Of a stretch of DNA of 64,000 nucleotides, positions 22,766-35,432 are shown piece after piece; within the stretch, counting starts at the first letter, position 1; each line of letters begins with the position of its first letter. The notes beneath the pieces were generated by a model. The model had not been told where the DNA came from and did no database searches. It worked only from the letters and a program-made list of their open reading frames with translations. The stretch is from Nymphaea colorata (lineage: Eukaryota): positions 9,114,001 through 9,178,000 of the forward strand of contig NC_045138.2 of assembly GCF_008831285.2 (NCBI RefSeq). The letters run 5' to 3'. The position numbers were made by a program, and so were the translations under genes.

Positions 22766-25700
22766 TGTAACGCTCGGCATATGCAGGCCGGGTCGGGTCA
22801 AGGTCCAGACCCGGACCCGAGCTCCACCCGCATGTGAGCCCAACACCCTCTCCTCCCTCGTCTTTCCCTCTTCTCCCTCGTCTTCCTCACAGACCCCCCT
22901 CTGTTGCCTCTCGTGCCAGCGCAAGGAAGAAGAAGACGACGGAGGTGCTGGGTGGCAACGAGAATGACGGCGGTGGTGCTCAGGTGCTCAAGTGAGACTT
23001 CTGATTTATCTCCGCCTCTTCCTCCTTCCTTGTCCTTCTTCTCCTCCTCCCTCTCTCACTATCTCTGCCGTCTCCCCTCTCAATGCACGGCCTCTCTCTG
23101 ACCGTCTCCCTCTTTTCTCTTGTGCTCCTCACTTGCACCTCCCTCTACGATCTCTCTTCCTGTCTCTCCCTCTCTCTCCTATGTTATCCCCCTTTCTGCC
23201 AGCCCTCTCTCCCGCACTCTCTCTCTGTCCATGCTCTCTGCTCGAGCCCTCTCCCCTCCGTCCGAGCCTCTTTGCTCGCCCTCTCTCTAGGCAGCGTTGC
23301 TCCCACGCATCCTTGCATCTGCTCTCTCTGCCTGCACTCTCCCCTCTCCGTCAGCACCCTCTGCCCATTCCCTCTCCTGTATGGTGCCCCTCTTGCTTTC
23401 ACACTACCTGTTCCCTCCTCCTGCCCACACGCTCTCTACTCAAGTTCGCTCCCCATTTTCTGATTGTTTTTCTCATTTTTCCCAACCGAGCAATCTTCCT
23501 CACTGATTTTATCACTGTTTGATAAGATTCTAGCTTGGTGGTGGTGCTCAGGTGAGACTTCTGATTTCTCTCCGCCTCTTCCTCTTCCTCGTCCTTCTTC
23601 TCCTCCTCCCTCTCTCACTGTCTCTGTGTCTCCCCTCTCAACCGCATGACCTCTCTCTGACCGTCTCCCTCTTTTCTCTCGTGCTCCTCACTTGCACCTC
23701 CCTCTACGGTCTCTCTTCCTGTCTCTCCCTCTCTCTCCCGTGTTATCCCCCTTTCTGCCAGCCCTCTCTCCCGCACTCTCTCTCTGTCCATGCTCTCTGC
23801 TCGAGCCCTTTCCCCTCTGTTTGAGCCCTCTTTGCTCGCCCTCTCTCTAGGCACGCCCTCTTCCTCCCACGCATCCTTGCATGCGCTCTCTCTGCCTGCA
23901 CTCTCCCCTCTCCGTCAGCACCCTCTGTCCACGCCCATTCCCTCTCCTGTATGGTGCCCCTCTTGCTCTCACACTACCCGTTCCCTCCTCCTGCCCACAC
24001 GCTCTCTTCTCAAGTTTGCTCCCCATTTTCTGATTGTTTTTTTCATTTTTCCCAACCGAGCAATCTTCCTCACTGATTTTATCACTGTTTGATAAGATTC
24101 TAGCTTGGGGGACGTGTTCTTTTCCTCATAACAGCGAGTAGAAGGTGTTAGTGGTGGAGGCAGTGACCAATTTTGGGCATTGGCACTTGATCAAAAGCTT
24201 GAGGCGGCTGCCAAGAACATTGCGGCAGTTTGGACACTAATATTGGGGTGAGCAAGGCTAACTGAAACCTAAATTGTCGAATATTTTCTGTTAGAGCATG
24301 TAGAATTATTGTTTGAGTATGTTAGAAGTTAGAATTTGATGTTTAGGGATGCATGTTAGCGACTTGGCTTTTTGGGGAAAGTGTAGGATTATGTTGAAGA
24401 AGCGATGATTCATGTATATATTGATCTTTTAAGCTTGAGGTGTTGATTTTCGAAGCAATAGGAAAGCATGGTAGAGATTGCGAGGTTGTGGGGAAGATTT
24501 AGAACCGTCTTAGTGAGCACGTGACACATGCTTTTGTGAACGGGTGTATTTTGGAGTCCGAGGGGAAAACATACGTAAGTTAGATATGACTATGGGGTTG
24601 ACGCCTCGACTAAAGAAAACAAATGAGAATTGGGTCGTGATGGATTGATCAAAACAATGAATTTGGACATTTGGTGGCAACGTCAAGAGGTTAGGAGGAG
24701 GCCTATTGGAGGGCTTGTTGGTCGACACTACCCGTCGACACCTTCTTGAGGCGCTAACTTGTGCCTCAATGATTTTGTTTTATATTTGTATGGATTGTGT
24801 AGCTAGCCAGTAGAAATCTTATCTTTGTTTATGTCTGCAGGTACACCGGTCACGTCTCGTCGACCTTGAGCGACCAGATTCGAAGCTGGAAGCATTTTGA
24901 AGAGTTTTGAGAGGGCGCCACAGGTATGGCGGCATTCCAGGCAAATCCTTGCCTGCAGCAAATGTATGAATGTGTGTTCCTAGAATCATGGAATCCTAGG
25001 ATTGTGATGTGAATTGATTGATTGTTTTGTGAATGAATGTATGTATGCATACACATGATTTGACATCTGATATGAATTGTTTTGAAAGGCTAATAGTAGT
25101 TTCATTTGAAAACGTGACGCATTTACATGTGCATGATAGAACTGATAACTGTTTAGGACAAATGAGGAGGGTATCGAGTTGAGCGTCTCCTCAACCCCAA
25201 TTGTGCATTAGAAAGCATCCAAGAATGATAACTGTTTAGGACAGCTACGAGCCAATCACAGATCGCGACTATTCTCTATGGTTTGGCTAAGGTTTTCAAA
25301 GATGTGATTGATGTTATAGTTGATGTGAATGTTGTGTTTGGTTGCATGCATATTGTCGTGGGCAGTGATGCAAATGAATGATTTGGAGGGTACTTGTACC
25401 TGTATTGCTATGACTGCTAGCTAAGAAAGTAAATTATATGTGTAGCCCTCGTCTGGAGGCATTTGGAGGTATGGGTGCACTCGAGGAGTGAACCAACCTC
25501 ATGAGCAAGCTGGTCATTTTGTGATTGTGTTTCCATAATGTAAAATAAGAATGAATAAGAAATGAGAAGGTTAGTGGGTTGTGGCATTGTGTTTGGGAGA
25601 CTTCCCGCTTTCGCCACTGGTCTCGCCTGTTCGGAGGGCAGGCAGTGCAAGGCCCCAGGGTACTGTTGTGTGTTGTGCTTGGAGCGTTGGGCTCCCGCCT

Positions 25701-26546
25701 TCCCAACCTGGGTGTCCTAGGGAAGGCTGAGTATCTCTTTGTGGAATTCACACACCCATGGATGAGTGCTCTACCGCTGCAGCGGATGAATGGATTCATA
25801 CCGTTATGGGCCACCACGAGGGTTGTCTCTCGGCTATGGGCCGCCCATGGTGTTCACGTGCATGTGTTTGCACCCACAGGAACGGTCAATTTACTAAAGT
25901 TAATGAAAATGAAAGTATGTGATTGAATTGTACGTGAACGAATGTATGTGATTAATGGGCATGTGAATGATGTGAATGAAATGACATGTTTAAGCATGCC
26001 TTGCATGTGATTGAGATTGTGATACTGTGGCCCTTGAGTGGCATTTACATCTCGTGGTCTATGTTAGGGGTTCTTTTGGCAAATGATGTGTCTATGCCTT
26101 GACACGACATGATGATAGATTATTTTTATGATATTGAGCCCTACGTAAGAGGGTTTGGAAGTTTCCTGGCTTGTTGCCATACTGCGAAGGCTAAGCCTTC
26201 TGTTGTTTCACTTTTTTCAGGTTTTGGTGGACCAAGGGCAGCAAGTTGAGCACATGGTTTTACTCACGTCCTACTGGGGAGGTTTTGGGTCTTTTGTAGC
26301 ACCGGCGCGTCATATTTTGATTGTATTGATGTCTTGTTTTTGTTAGACATCAATTATATGTTTTGGGGTTGTTTGTCATACACTTAGATGAGATTTTGTG
26401 TGAATCAAAATTGTTATATGAATGAAAGTTTGCCCTATTGTTTTGAATGACATAGCTCCCTCTTTTGAATCGTTGTGTCGTCACACTTCAATGCTTTATG
26501 TTAAAAAAAAAAGGTGTTTGAGTGTCAAAAAGGTTAGGGTGTGACA
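22766..26546. mobile_element. Solo LTR (3781 bp), probably large-LTR gypsy (Tekay/Del-like)
   Basis: TGTAACGC...GGGTGTGACA with exact 5-bp TSD CGTGA (22761-22765, 26547-26551); no PBS, PPT or coding domains recognised. Confidence 0.85.
22983..24108. repeat. ~560-bp CT-rich tandem duplication inside the solo LTR
   Basis: Both copies run GGTGCTCA(A/G)GTGAGACTTCTGATT ... GATAAGATTCTAGCTTGG (ending 23538 and 24108). Confidence 0.93.
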
Positions 26547-27539
26547 CGTGATGGTACTCCACCAAGTCATCACGTAGCTGTTTTCTAAGATGGGGTATAC
26601 TATCATGTGAAAATGCAGGCTCCCTATCATTGTAAATTGCTTTTGTATATTTGTTGATGAAATCACTATAATCATAGCAGTTGTTTTGGCAGGGAGCTTC
26701 CTTTTATGGAAAAGTGCCACTAGATCATGTTAATTGCACACAAATTCTGCATGTCGAGAACATATAATACCCAATGATGACACTCTTCTGACAAGGTTGA
26801 AAGCAGAACCATTTCAAACGTGTTCAACAAAGGGTCGGAAAGCATATTTCTAGCATCCATGAAACCACAACCAAAGGGCATTCAGCGTGCTGCACTCTAT
26901 ACAACATGATAGAAGAAAATAAAGAATAACGTAGGTCAAGCAAGCTATAGATGTGTTTCAAAAAACTAAACTACTATGGCAGTAGGACTGAGAATGCGAC
27001 ACTTTTCATTCACAAGTCTTTATTGCATTAACTATGTTGCATCTTGAAAAACCTATGAAGAGAGCATAAACTATATAAATGATCCATCTACCATATTCCT
27101 TAATGGTAGCATTAATGAGATAGTACTTACAATATTGCTAATCCATTTCTTTAGGTTGGGCTCATGAAACAATCCACTGTAAATCATCATTGAATAAATT
27201 ACTTTCTCCTTTTTTATTGTCATTACCTTCTAAAACGGGATATTCCCCATTGCCTTTCTTGTATTTATGAATATGGTCTAAAGTGTTCCCGTCATGCCAC
27301 ATTTAATGCACATGCATGCGACAATATATATCATAGTGGTAAAATTTCCATTTTGTGTTGTTGATGAACATTTGATAGTGCAAAGGAATGTTACATGGAC
27401 ATTATGTGTTATGTGTTATCGACTGCATTCATTTAATGCAGCTGCAACAATTGATGGCTTCACTAAATACAACCGAATGGGTGTTACAAACAGTGAGGGA
27501 TAGTGCATATTATTTGTTGTTCCGTGTACAACCGAGTTT

Positions 27540-28600
27540 GTGTGAGATAAGCAACCAATACACTCAAATGTGCATATAAGGTTACCATATGTGTATGTAT
27601 ATGTATGAATAGTATTATCGCTGCTTAAACGTGAACATAAGCTTATTATAAATATACACATCAATTAGGTTGCCATGTATTGATACGTATCAATAACATT
27701 ATCTAAGATCTAATGTGAAACATATGGTTGTCAATGATTAATGTGTGATATAAGCACTGTTATATCTTATTGAAAGTGCACATATGGTTACCATATGTGT
27801 ATATATACAATATAAGTAGGATTATCGTTGCTCAAACGTGCACATAAGCTTGTTATGGATATACACGTCAATTAGGTTGTCACGTATCAATACATATCAA
27901 TAATGTTATCTAAGATTTAATGCAAACATATGGTTGTCAATGATTGAAGTGTGACATAAGCATTGTTATCTCTGCTCGAATGTAACACATATGGTTACCA
28001 TATATAAATACATATGTATGGACAATATTATCACTACTCCAACATGAACATAAGTTTGCTATAGATGTACACGTTAATTAGGTTGTCATGTATCGATACG
28101 TATCAATAACATTATATAAGATTTAATGTGAACATATGGTTGTCGATGATTGAAGTGTGACATAAGCATCATTATCTCTGATCGAATGTGCACACATGGA
28201 TACCATATGTGTATATATATGTATGACCAGCATTATCGCTACTCAAATGTGAACATAAGCTTGTTATGGATATACATGTCAATTTGGTTTCCATGTATCG
28301 ATTAGTATCAATAACTTTATCTGATATCTAACATGAACATATGGTTATCAATGATCAAAGTGTGACATAAGCACAACACAGTTATCCCTGATTGAATGTG
28401 CATAATGAACAAAGTGTGACATAAGCACTGTTATCTCTGATCGAATGTGCACATATGTGTATGTATATGTATGAGTAGTATTATCGTTGCTCAAATGTGA
28501 ACATAAGCTTGTTATGAATATCATCAATTTGGTTGTCATGTATCGATACATATCAATAATGTTATCTATGATCTAATGTAAACATATAATTGTCAATGAT
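27540..28600. repeat. Satellite-like array, ~5 diverged copies of a ~206-bp unit
   Basis: GTTACCATAT-like anchor at 27581, 27787, 27994, ~28199; recurring CATAAGC, ATTAGGTTG and TATCAATAA blocks. Confidence 0.88.
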
Positions 28601-28627
28601 ATATCATGGATGAGATAATACTGTTGT

Positions 28628-28647
28628 TATATATATATCTATATATA

Positions 28648-28732
<85 letters not shown>
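28628..28732. repeat. (AT)n microsatellite
   Basis: About 100 bp of near-perfect AT repeat. Confidence 0.97.
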
Positions 28733-28735
<3 letters not shown>

Positions 28736-29889
28736 ATGTATATATGACAATCATATACGTATCAATAATGTTATCTATGATCTAATGTAAACATATAATT
28801 GTCAATGATATATCATGGATGAGATAATATTGTTGTTATATATATATATGACAATCATATGGGTATATCAGAGATTAAATAATATTGTTCTTATATATAC
28901 ATATGACAATCATATATACATACTAAAACAGAGATAAAACAAAGAGAAATGTTGTTATACATGTATATCCCTAGCAGCTATTTCTGCACATTACAGTTGA
29001 GAAAATATTTTTCTTATGCATATATACTTGGCAACCTTGAACCAGGTGGTTATACTAGAACATGGTGGTTTACAAAATTTTTGAAAATAAATGGACATTG
29101 TTTCCTCAAAATAAGCGGTATTCCGAGGAACATAAGATCTAAAATACAAAACTGGAGGGAACGATATTTTTTATGCAGTTTTTCATAACAAAAGATGTGA
29201 TTTGGAATAGATTAGGGCAGAAAGGAAGATTGACTCAGGCAACAATGAAAGAAAGACTCCATGGTGAGGGAGAAGAAGGGCATTTATGCCATAAATTTGT
29301 CTGGCTTTGCAATAACGAGGATGCATACTGCCAGCTACCAGCCAGAAAATCCAGCAAACGAGCCTGTGACTCCAGAAAATGAGCTGCTGTTTCATGGTAA
29401 CACGTTCAGCCAAAAAACCAGCCGGTGAATCTAGCAAGCCAGCTGGCGAGTCCAAGACACGTTCTAGGGAACTTTGTGGCATTCTACTCTTTCTTTACAT
29501 TGAAGAATTTCTCCCTTGTAAGCAAGCAACCAATATTAGTCTGAATTATTTTCTTTACATTGAAGACTTTCTCCCTTGTAAGCAAGCAACCAATCTAGGC
29601 CATGGAAGGTATCCAACAAAAGCATACTTCATGGTGTGTATCCTTCATTTTGCTATATTCTATTGCGTAACCTTCAGATTGGAAAAAGTATTGATCATAC
29701 TAACAGATGTTTAACAACATGTTGAATCGTTTTCATTGACGGACGATACTATGGCTTTGATGGCAGATGTTATAGAAAATATTTCTCGAATTAAGTAACA
29801 GTTCATCACTGAAGTTGCAATGGTTTTGTAGTTTCGTAAATCTCTTGCTCTTATTTTACCCTAATATAGTTGCTCTCTAATGCCTGTAT

Positions 29890-30310
29890 GTGTTAGGCTT
29901 TATTTCCCTCTATGTGGATGATAAAAGGCATTTTAGGTGTTGTACGTTGTTCACAATGTAAAAAATAAATGCGGATATACAAATCATGCGTAGGATATGA
30001 CGACTACCAAATTTTGGAAGACCTCTACTAACTAGTTTGATATTTAACCTAAACTGTTGTTAAGATAACTTATATTTCTTGTTTAAGAAGTTTTGTTTAT
30101 TTTGCAGAAATATTACCTCAGACATGTCTTTGACATCAAAAAGTTGGATGGCTATAAACTTTTACCAATAAAACGTCCACATCAAAGAAACAACTATGAC
30201 TATATTGTGTTCATGATGAAATACATGTAGGAGATAGCCTCTAGAAAGAAACCTAGTTTCACTCAAGCTGATGCTACCAATAGCATTAGATCTTTTGGAA
30301 ACTTGCTTCA
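29890..30310 (+). pseudogene. Ulp1/peptidase C48 (SUMO protease-like) remnant, at least two exons
   Basis: After TTTGCAG (30107): KYYLRHVFDIKKLDGYKLLPIKRPHQRNNYDYIVFMMKYM*EIASRKKPSFTQAD, matching P.Q.N.YDCGVFMMKYME...SFTQ.D with the catalytic Cys codon read as TAT; upstream exon LYFPLC...*VLYVV resembles the FxP...HW.L.V strand. Confidence 0.7.
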
Positions 30311-30399
30311 AATAAGTAGATGTGCTTAAATTTGAATAACATCATCTTTATAACCATTTTTATTAATTATTGTGTCATTGTAACCATTTTTTTAAATAA

Positions 30400-31340
30400 T
30401 GTTTTTGTAAATGCGATGTTATCTCATTCTCTCATTTAATTTCCGCATTAATTCGTCTTCATTTAATTAACACATTAATTTGTTTAACACATTAATTTCT
30501 ATCCTTTCTGTCATTATCGCATTAATTTGTCTTTGTTTACTTATTATCTTCTTGGTATACACATTGTTATCTTATTCTCTTGCCTTTGTACCCATTTACG
30601 CATTTTGTAGATGCATTGTTATCTCATTCTCTCGTCATTGTGTGCATTGTCTCTATTTACTTACTGTTTTCTTGGTAGACTTATTGTTATCGCATTCTCT
30701 CATTACTGCGTGCCTTGTTGGCTCCATACCTGCCCTTCCTACTGTATCGCATTAATTCATCTTTGTTTACTTATCATCTTCTTGATAGATGCATTGTTAT
30801 CTTATTTTCTACCCTCCATACTCATTTATGCATTTTGTAGATGCGTTGTTATCTCATTTTCTCGTCATTGTATGCCTTGTTGGGTCCATTACTTCCCTTC
30901 TTATCATTATCGCATTCTATCGTTATGATCGACTCATTGTTATGTCATTATTTTGTTAGTTTAATTTATTGCATTATTGACTGCCATTTACTTATTGTCT
31001 TCCATTGTTATATCACTCTCTCATTATCGCATGCATTGTCGTGTCCATTCTAGCCCTTCTTGTCATTATCGCAATAATTTGTCTCTGTTTACTTATCATA
31101 GACGTGTCGTCATTCATTCTCTCGTATCCATTCTGGCCTTTCTTCTTGTTATCTCATTCTCTCATTATGGTAGACTTGTTGTTATCGCTTTCATTCGGTA
31201 CATTAATTTATCACATTATTGGGTGTATTTACTTATCTCCTTCATTGTGGAGTCGTTACTATCTCATTCGCTTGTCACATTGTGCCTTGTCGCATCCATT
31301 CCTATCTTTGGCATATAACCAGGTTTGTGTGTAGTTATCT
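30400..31340. repeat. Degenerate array built on TTGTTATCTCATTCTC / TTTACTTATCATC motifs
   Basis: Many variants of TTATC(T/G)CATT; the same motif occurs at 19820-19880 and 34000-34350, and inverted (ATGAGATAA) at 18050-18320. Confidence 0.8.
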
Positions 31341-31689
31341 GATTATTTCATCTCCATCTCAATGTTGTTACAAAATCATTTATTGTATGATACATTGCAA
31401 GAGTTTGCTACTATGGGAATGATGAACTGAATCCATGTGGTATGTTACAATTAAATAAAATCAATTACAAGAATGTGCTTAAAGTTCAAACATATAAAAT
31501 ATGTATAATATTAAAAACTTACTAGAAGTTTCGTAAAACTGCTGTGATCATATGCATCTTGCATATATATGGACGGCATGCAGGTCTCAACTGCACCGTT
31601 TGTATATGAAACACAATCAACTTGTTGAGAATAATTTCTTGCTTGATTTTTCTATTCCTACCTCTTTTTTTAGGGTGCTTTTGTCCTAC

Positions 31690-33860
31690 GCAAACTCCTA
31701 TATGGTTTCCTCTTGAAAGCAGTGACTAGTAGACTAGTGCCCTCGTATTTTACAATCTTCACCTTAGCATTATCAAACACCATATTAGCAAATCCATGGC
31801 TCTTCTTCTTCTCTGAGAGGTCTGGGGTGATGGGACCTACTGCTTAGAGCTGGCTTTTCATTGTTGCCTTGCTCTCATAGCATATAGTTGAAATGTTCTC
31901 TATGGCTACATTCACCAACTGCATCATGTATTCATAAATCTGTTCATTTTTTGCTACCAAGTCTGCAACATACGTCAATGTCTTGCATAGATGCTGGTAG
32001 CTAGACAGACTGAGATTGATGACCATCACAAGAAAGAATTTCAGAAGAAATCTTCATTAACTTCATCTTTAAATTTTTGGTCCATCTACCTATGTTGTTA
32101 TCTCACTTGCACTTCCTGAATGTTCTCTCGATCGAGAGTCTTCAGAGCATGGGAACACAAAATACATTTAAATTCTGATTTCTTACAAGCACATTCGACA
32201 TCACCTATTTTGATGTCATAGGCCACAAATGATCATTGATCTTAGTCGAATCTCTCCCCCTTTTTTTACAAGATATATGTGGCAACTTGATTGTTATGGA
32301 TGTATACATAGTTAGCCACTTGAATGGCCTTTTTTGTAAACCATTCAAATGTTGTTGGTGTGTACATAGTTGTAGCTCAGTCAAGGATATTCATACCCAC
32401 ACTTTGAAGCCGACATACAAATGCTTTCACGTCTTCTTCAAACTCACAGTTCCTAAGACCATCCAAAAATCTATCATAGTATTCCATGAATCAAGATATT
32501 TGTAAGTAGAGTATAATCCTCTTTTTAGTTGCAACATGCATGCTCTCTACTCTTTGTGTGCTTATCATGTCTGCACAGAAGTATTGTCTTCCATATCTCA
32601 ATGCCCATTTTTCTTTGTCCTTATACAATTTTGGAACCATGTATTTCTTGTAGGTTATATGCTTCAATCATTTGTATCTACATACATTTGAAACGGATCA
32701 CCATCTTCACACTTAAGGACACAATTAACAATCCTCTCCTTAAACTCAGTTTTTGATTCATTACATGCCATAAGTTCTTCGTTGCATTTTGGAATATATG
32801 TCACAAACACAAATGATGGTGCACCTCTTACCATATGAGAGACACTGCAGCTAATATTGCACTATCACCATCCATCAATACAACTTTAGGGTGCTTCCTC
32901 TTCATGGCCTCAGTCTCAGTAATCTGGTCATAGCAGAATGCATCACAAAAAATGTTGACTTTTCGAGTGATGGTTCACCCCCACAAACTGAACAAAGGGC
33001 CACCCATGGGTATTGACCTTCATGGTTGCATCAAAAGTAAGTACATTGCTGAAGCATCCATAATCTAACCTAGACATCGAATATGCCCACAAGTCATTTG
33101 TAACATAACCATCCTCATCCATCTGAATGGCACTGTAGAAATCTATGTCTTTGCTTAATCTTTTCTAAATGGATTCGACCAATGCCATAATTTCTCATCC
33201 TTTTATCGATTTTGTCTTATTTCTTTTCAAGTGGTTTCTATGATCCATGTGTGTGAATGGAAGATTCTCACAACCACAGGTCATATGTGTTCCTTGGCAG
33301 TATACCTACACCATCAGCCAACTCACATATTTCAGCATACAACAATGATAATTTGTGATGCGACTTCAACATGTGGTTTATAAGAGAGGGTCCTAATGAA
33401 TGGTGGTGTTTAATCGTCACTACACAAATAGAATATTTTTCATTTTGATGCCTTCCTACCACCAAATTGACAGCACAACCACATCTTGTATCAATCATGT
33501 GCTTGGTTACACATGTTATTGATCTCTTTCATCCTTGTTTTGAACAAGCATTTGACTTCGCACAAGCATGCCCTATGCATTTCTCTCCATCCAATCCTTC
33601 CTTACACTGAACCCATGGCAAAAAGCATAACAATTGTAGAAATTGTATGTTCCATCTTCCATATCGAACTCCATTCCTATAGTAGGAGTACGTTCTTTAG
33701 GATCCCTCATCTTGAACTCCATTACTACAATAGAAAAATTCAATCCTACAGCAAGACCACGTTCTTCGGGATCCTCCATCTAGAACTCTATTCCTATAAG
33801 AAGGAACATGTTTTTCTAGATACTTCATTTCCTTGTAGAGGGACTCAATCTCTTGTTCAT
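31690..33860 (-). pseudogene. FAR1/FHY3-type Mutator transposase remnant
   Basis: GMEFDMEDGTYNFYNCYAFCHGFSVRK and TRCGC (FAR1 DNA-binding domain); WAYSMSRLDYGCFSNVLTFDAT and PFVQFVGVNHH (MULE DDE domain); VECACKKSEFKCILCSHAL (SWIM finger); many stops and frameshifts. Confidence 0.9.
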
Positions 33861-35432
33861 CACCATCTGATGATGTAGATATTTCATACACTATGTCATC
33901 TACAATGCACAAAATCCATCAATCAAATAACATTTTAATGTTATTTCACAAATTATTTATTTCACGCATAAATACATTCTATCAAATAGGATTCCACATT
34001 ATCTCACCATAAAGTATGTCGATCAATAATGAACCTTATCTCATGCCATTTAGTTAATGCTATCCCTTGTAGAAGCATTGCTATCTTTTTCTCTTATTAC
34101 CATTCCTGGCCTTCTTGGTAGGCTCTTTGTTATCTCATTACTTTGTAACCATTCCTTTTGTTACTTAATCACATTATCTCATCTTTTGTTTACTTATCAC
34201 CTATTTTCTACACGTATCTTCTCTTATTCCATCAATCAATAATGAGAGGAATGATTACGAAATAATGAATTAAACTGGGATGCATAAACTTATCCCTGAA
34301 GTCATTATCTCACACATTCATTACGCCACGATTTTGTTATCTCAAACTCGTGACATTGTTACACTATCTACCATATACATTGGGATGCACTCGTTATTTT
34401 GTTTTTAACATTATCTACCACATGAACTGGGATTCACTTGTTAACTATTGCATCAACATTTTGTTTCCTTTCAGCTCTACCATCACCTTTGCCTTCAATT
34501 CCTTAGAAAATGCTCCTTCAATTTCTTTGAATGTCCAACTGTCAAAAAAGAAAACCTTGCAAAAGTCACTGCCTTTGTCATTTAACATCCACAAACAAAA
34601 ATCCACAGTGATTCCATGATGAACTCACTATCCTTTCGCTTTGTCACCATTCCCACTATTTCTGCTTCAAGACCAAGCTTTCTTCACTGGCAACCTCCAC
34701 TCTCATTCCTTCCTTCAATGGGAACATCTCTCTCTTGTTTTTCTTCATGATCATATTCATTTCTTTGCATGAAATAATGCATGCACCATGAAGGAACACA
34801 TGTTAAGTACGTATGATGCATCTGTCCAATACAAGGGTATTCAAGTAAATGTGTGCATGTACTTTTCATTCACTAAAGTCAATACTGGAACTTCACATGT
34901 ATGCAGTAGGGTCCACCCCGGCATATGCTCTTTCCGTAGGCTAGGGTGTGCACATAACTCGGTCTCAGGTGTGTATGGCTGCAAACACTTGACCACACCC
35001 CAGGGCTCTGATGCAGACCTTCCCACCAGGAGGCCGAAAACCAGGGCCAGCACGGCCAAGCAAGGCCAAGAGAGCCAAGCGCCATCGGCCAGCATGATGA
35101 AAAGCATAGATGAGCCAAGGGAGGCTAACATAGAACTTGAAGTTGATGCAGCGGGCGGTGTGGACGGAGCGCGGGCAGCATGCTGAAGACTTCAAGGTGG
35201 AGCAGGCACGGGAACTAGACCTAGATCCGGTTATAGCGAGTTTGAACCCTGAGTCTAGTCCTGACCCAGTCCATGTGTGGCAAGCCTAAGGCTGAACTTA
35301 GGCAGGTTATATGGCTGAACCCGCGAGGGAGAAGCCAAACTCACTGAACTTCCGAGACGTCTTGTCTCGATTTCCCTTTCATGCATTTGCTTATAGTCGA
35401 GTCTTTTATTTCAGTGAGTGTCTCAGTTCATG

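Larger units (their letters stand above)
19552..34350. mobile_element. Decayed Mutator-like element region (FAR1-type transposase, PMD and Ulp1 remnants); boundaries uncertain
   Basis: TIR-like sequence at left, shared TTATCTCAT motif arrays at ~19.85, 30.4-31.3 and 34.0-34.35 kb, three MULE-associated coding remnants. No right TIR or TSD found. Confidence 0.55.

Noticed and set aside
22900..24100. Cluster of Leu/Ser/Pro-rich ORFs
   Set aside because: They lie in the CT-rich duplication inside a solo LTR.
27540..28600. Regular repeats as a CRISPR-like array
   Set aside because: Whole units are repeated with no unique spacers, there are no cas genes, and the context is plant nuclear DNA.
30480..31422. 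Hydrophobic ORFs resembling membrane proteins
   Set aside because: Translation of the T-rich TTATCTCAT motif array.
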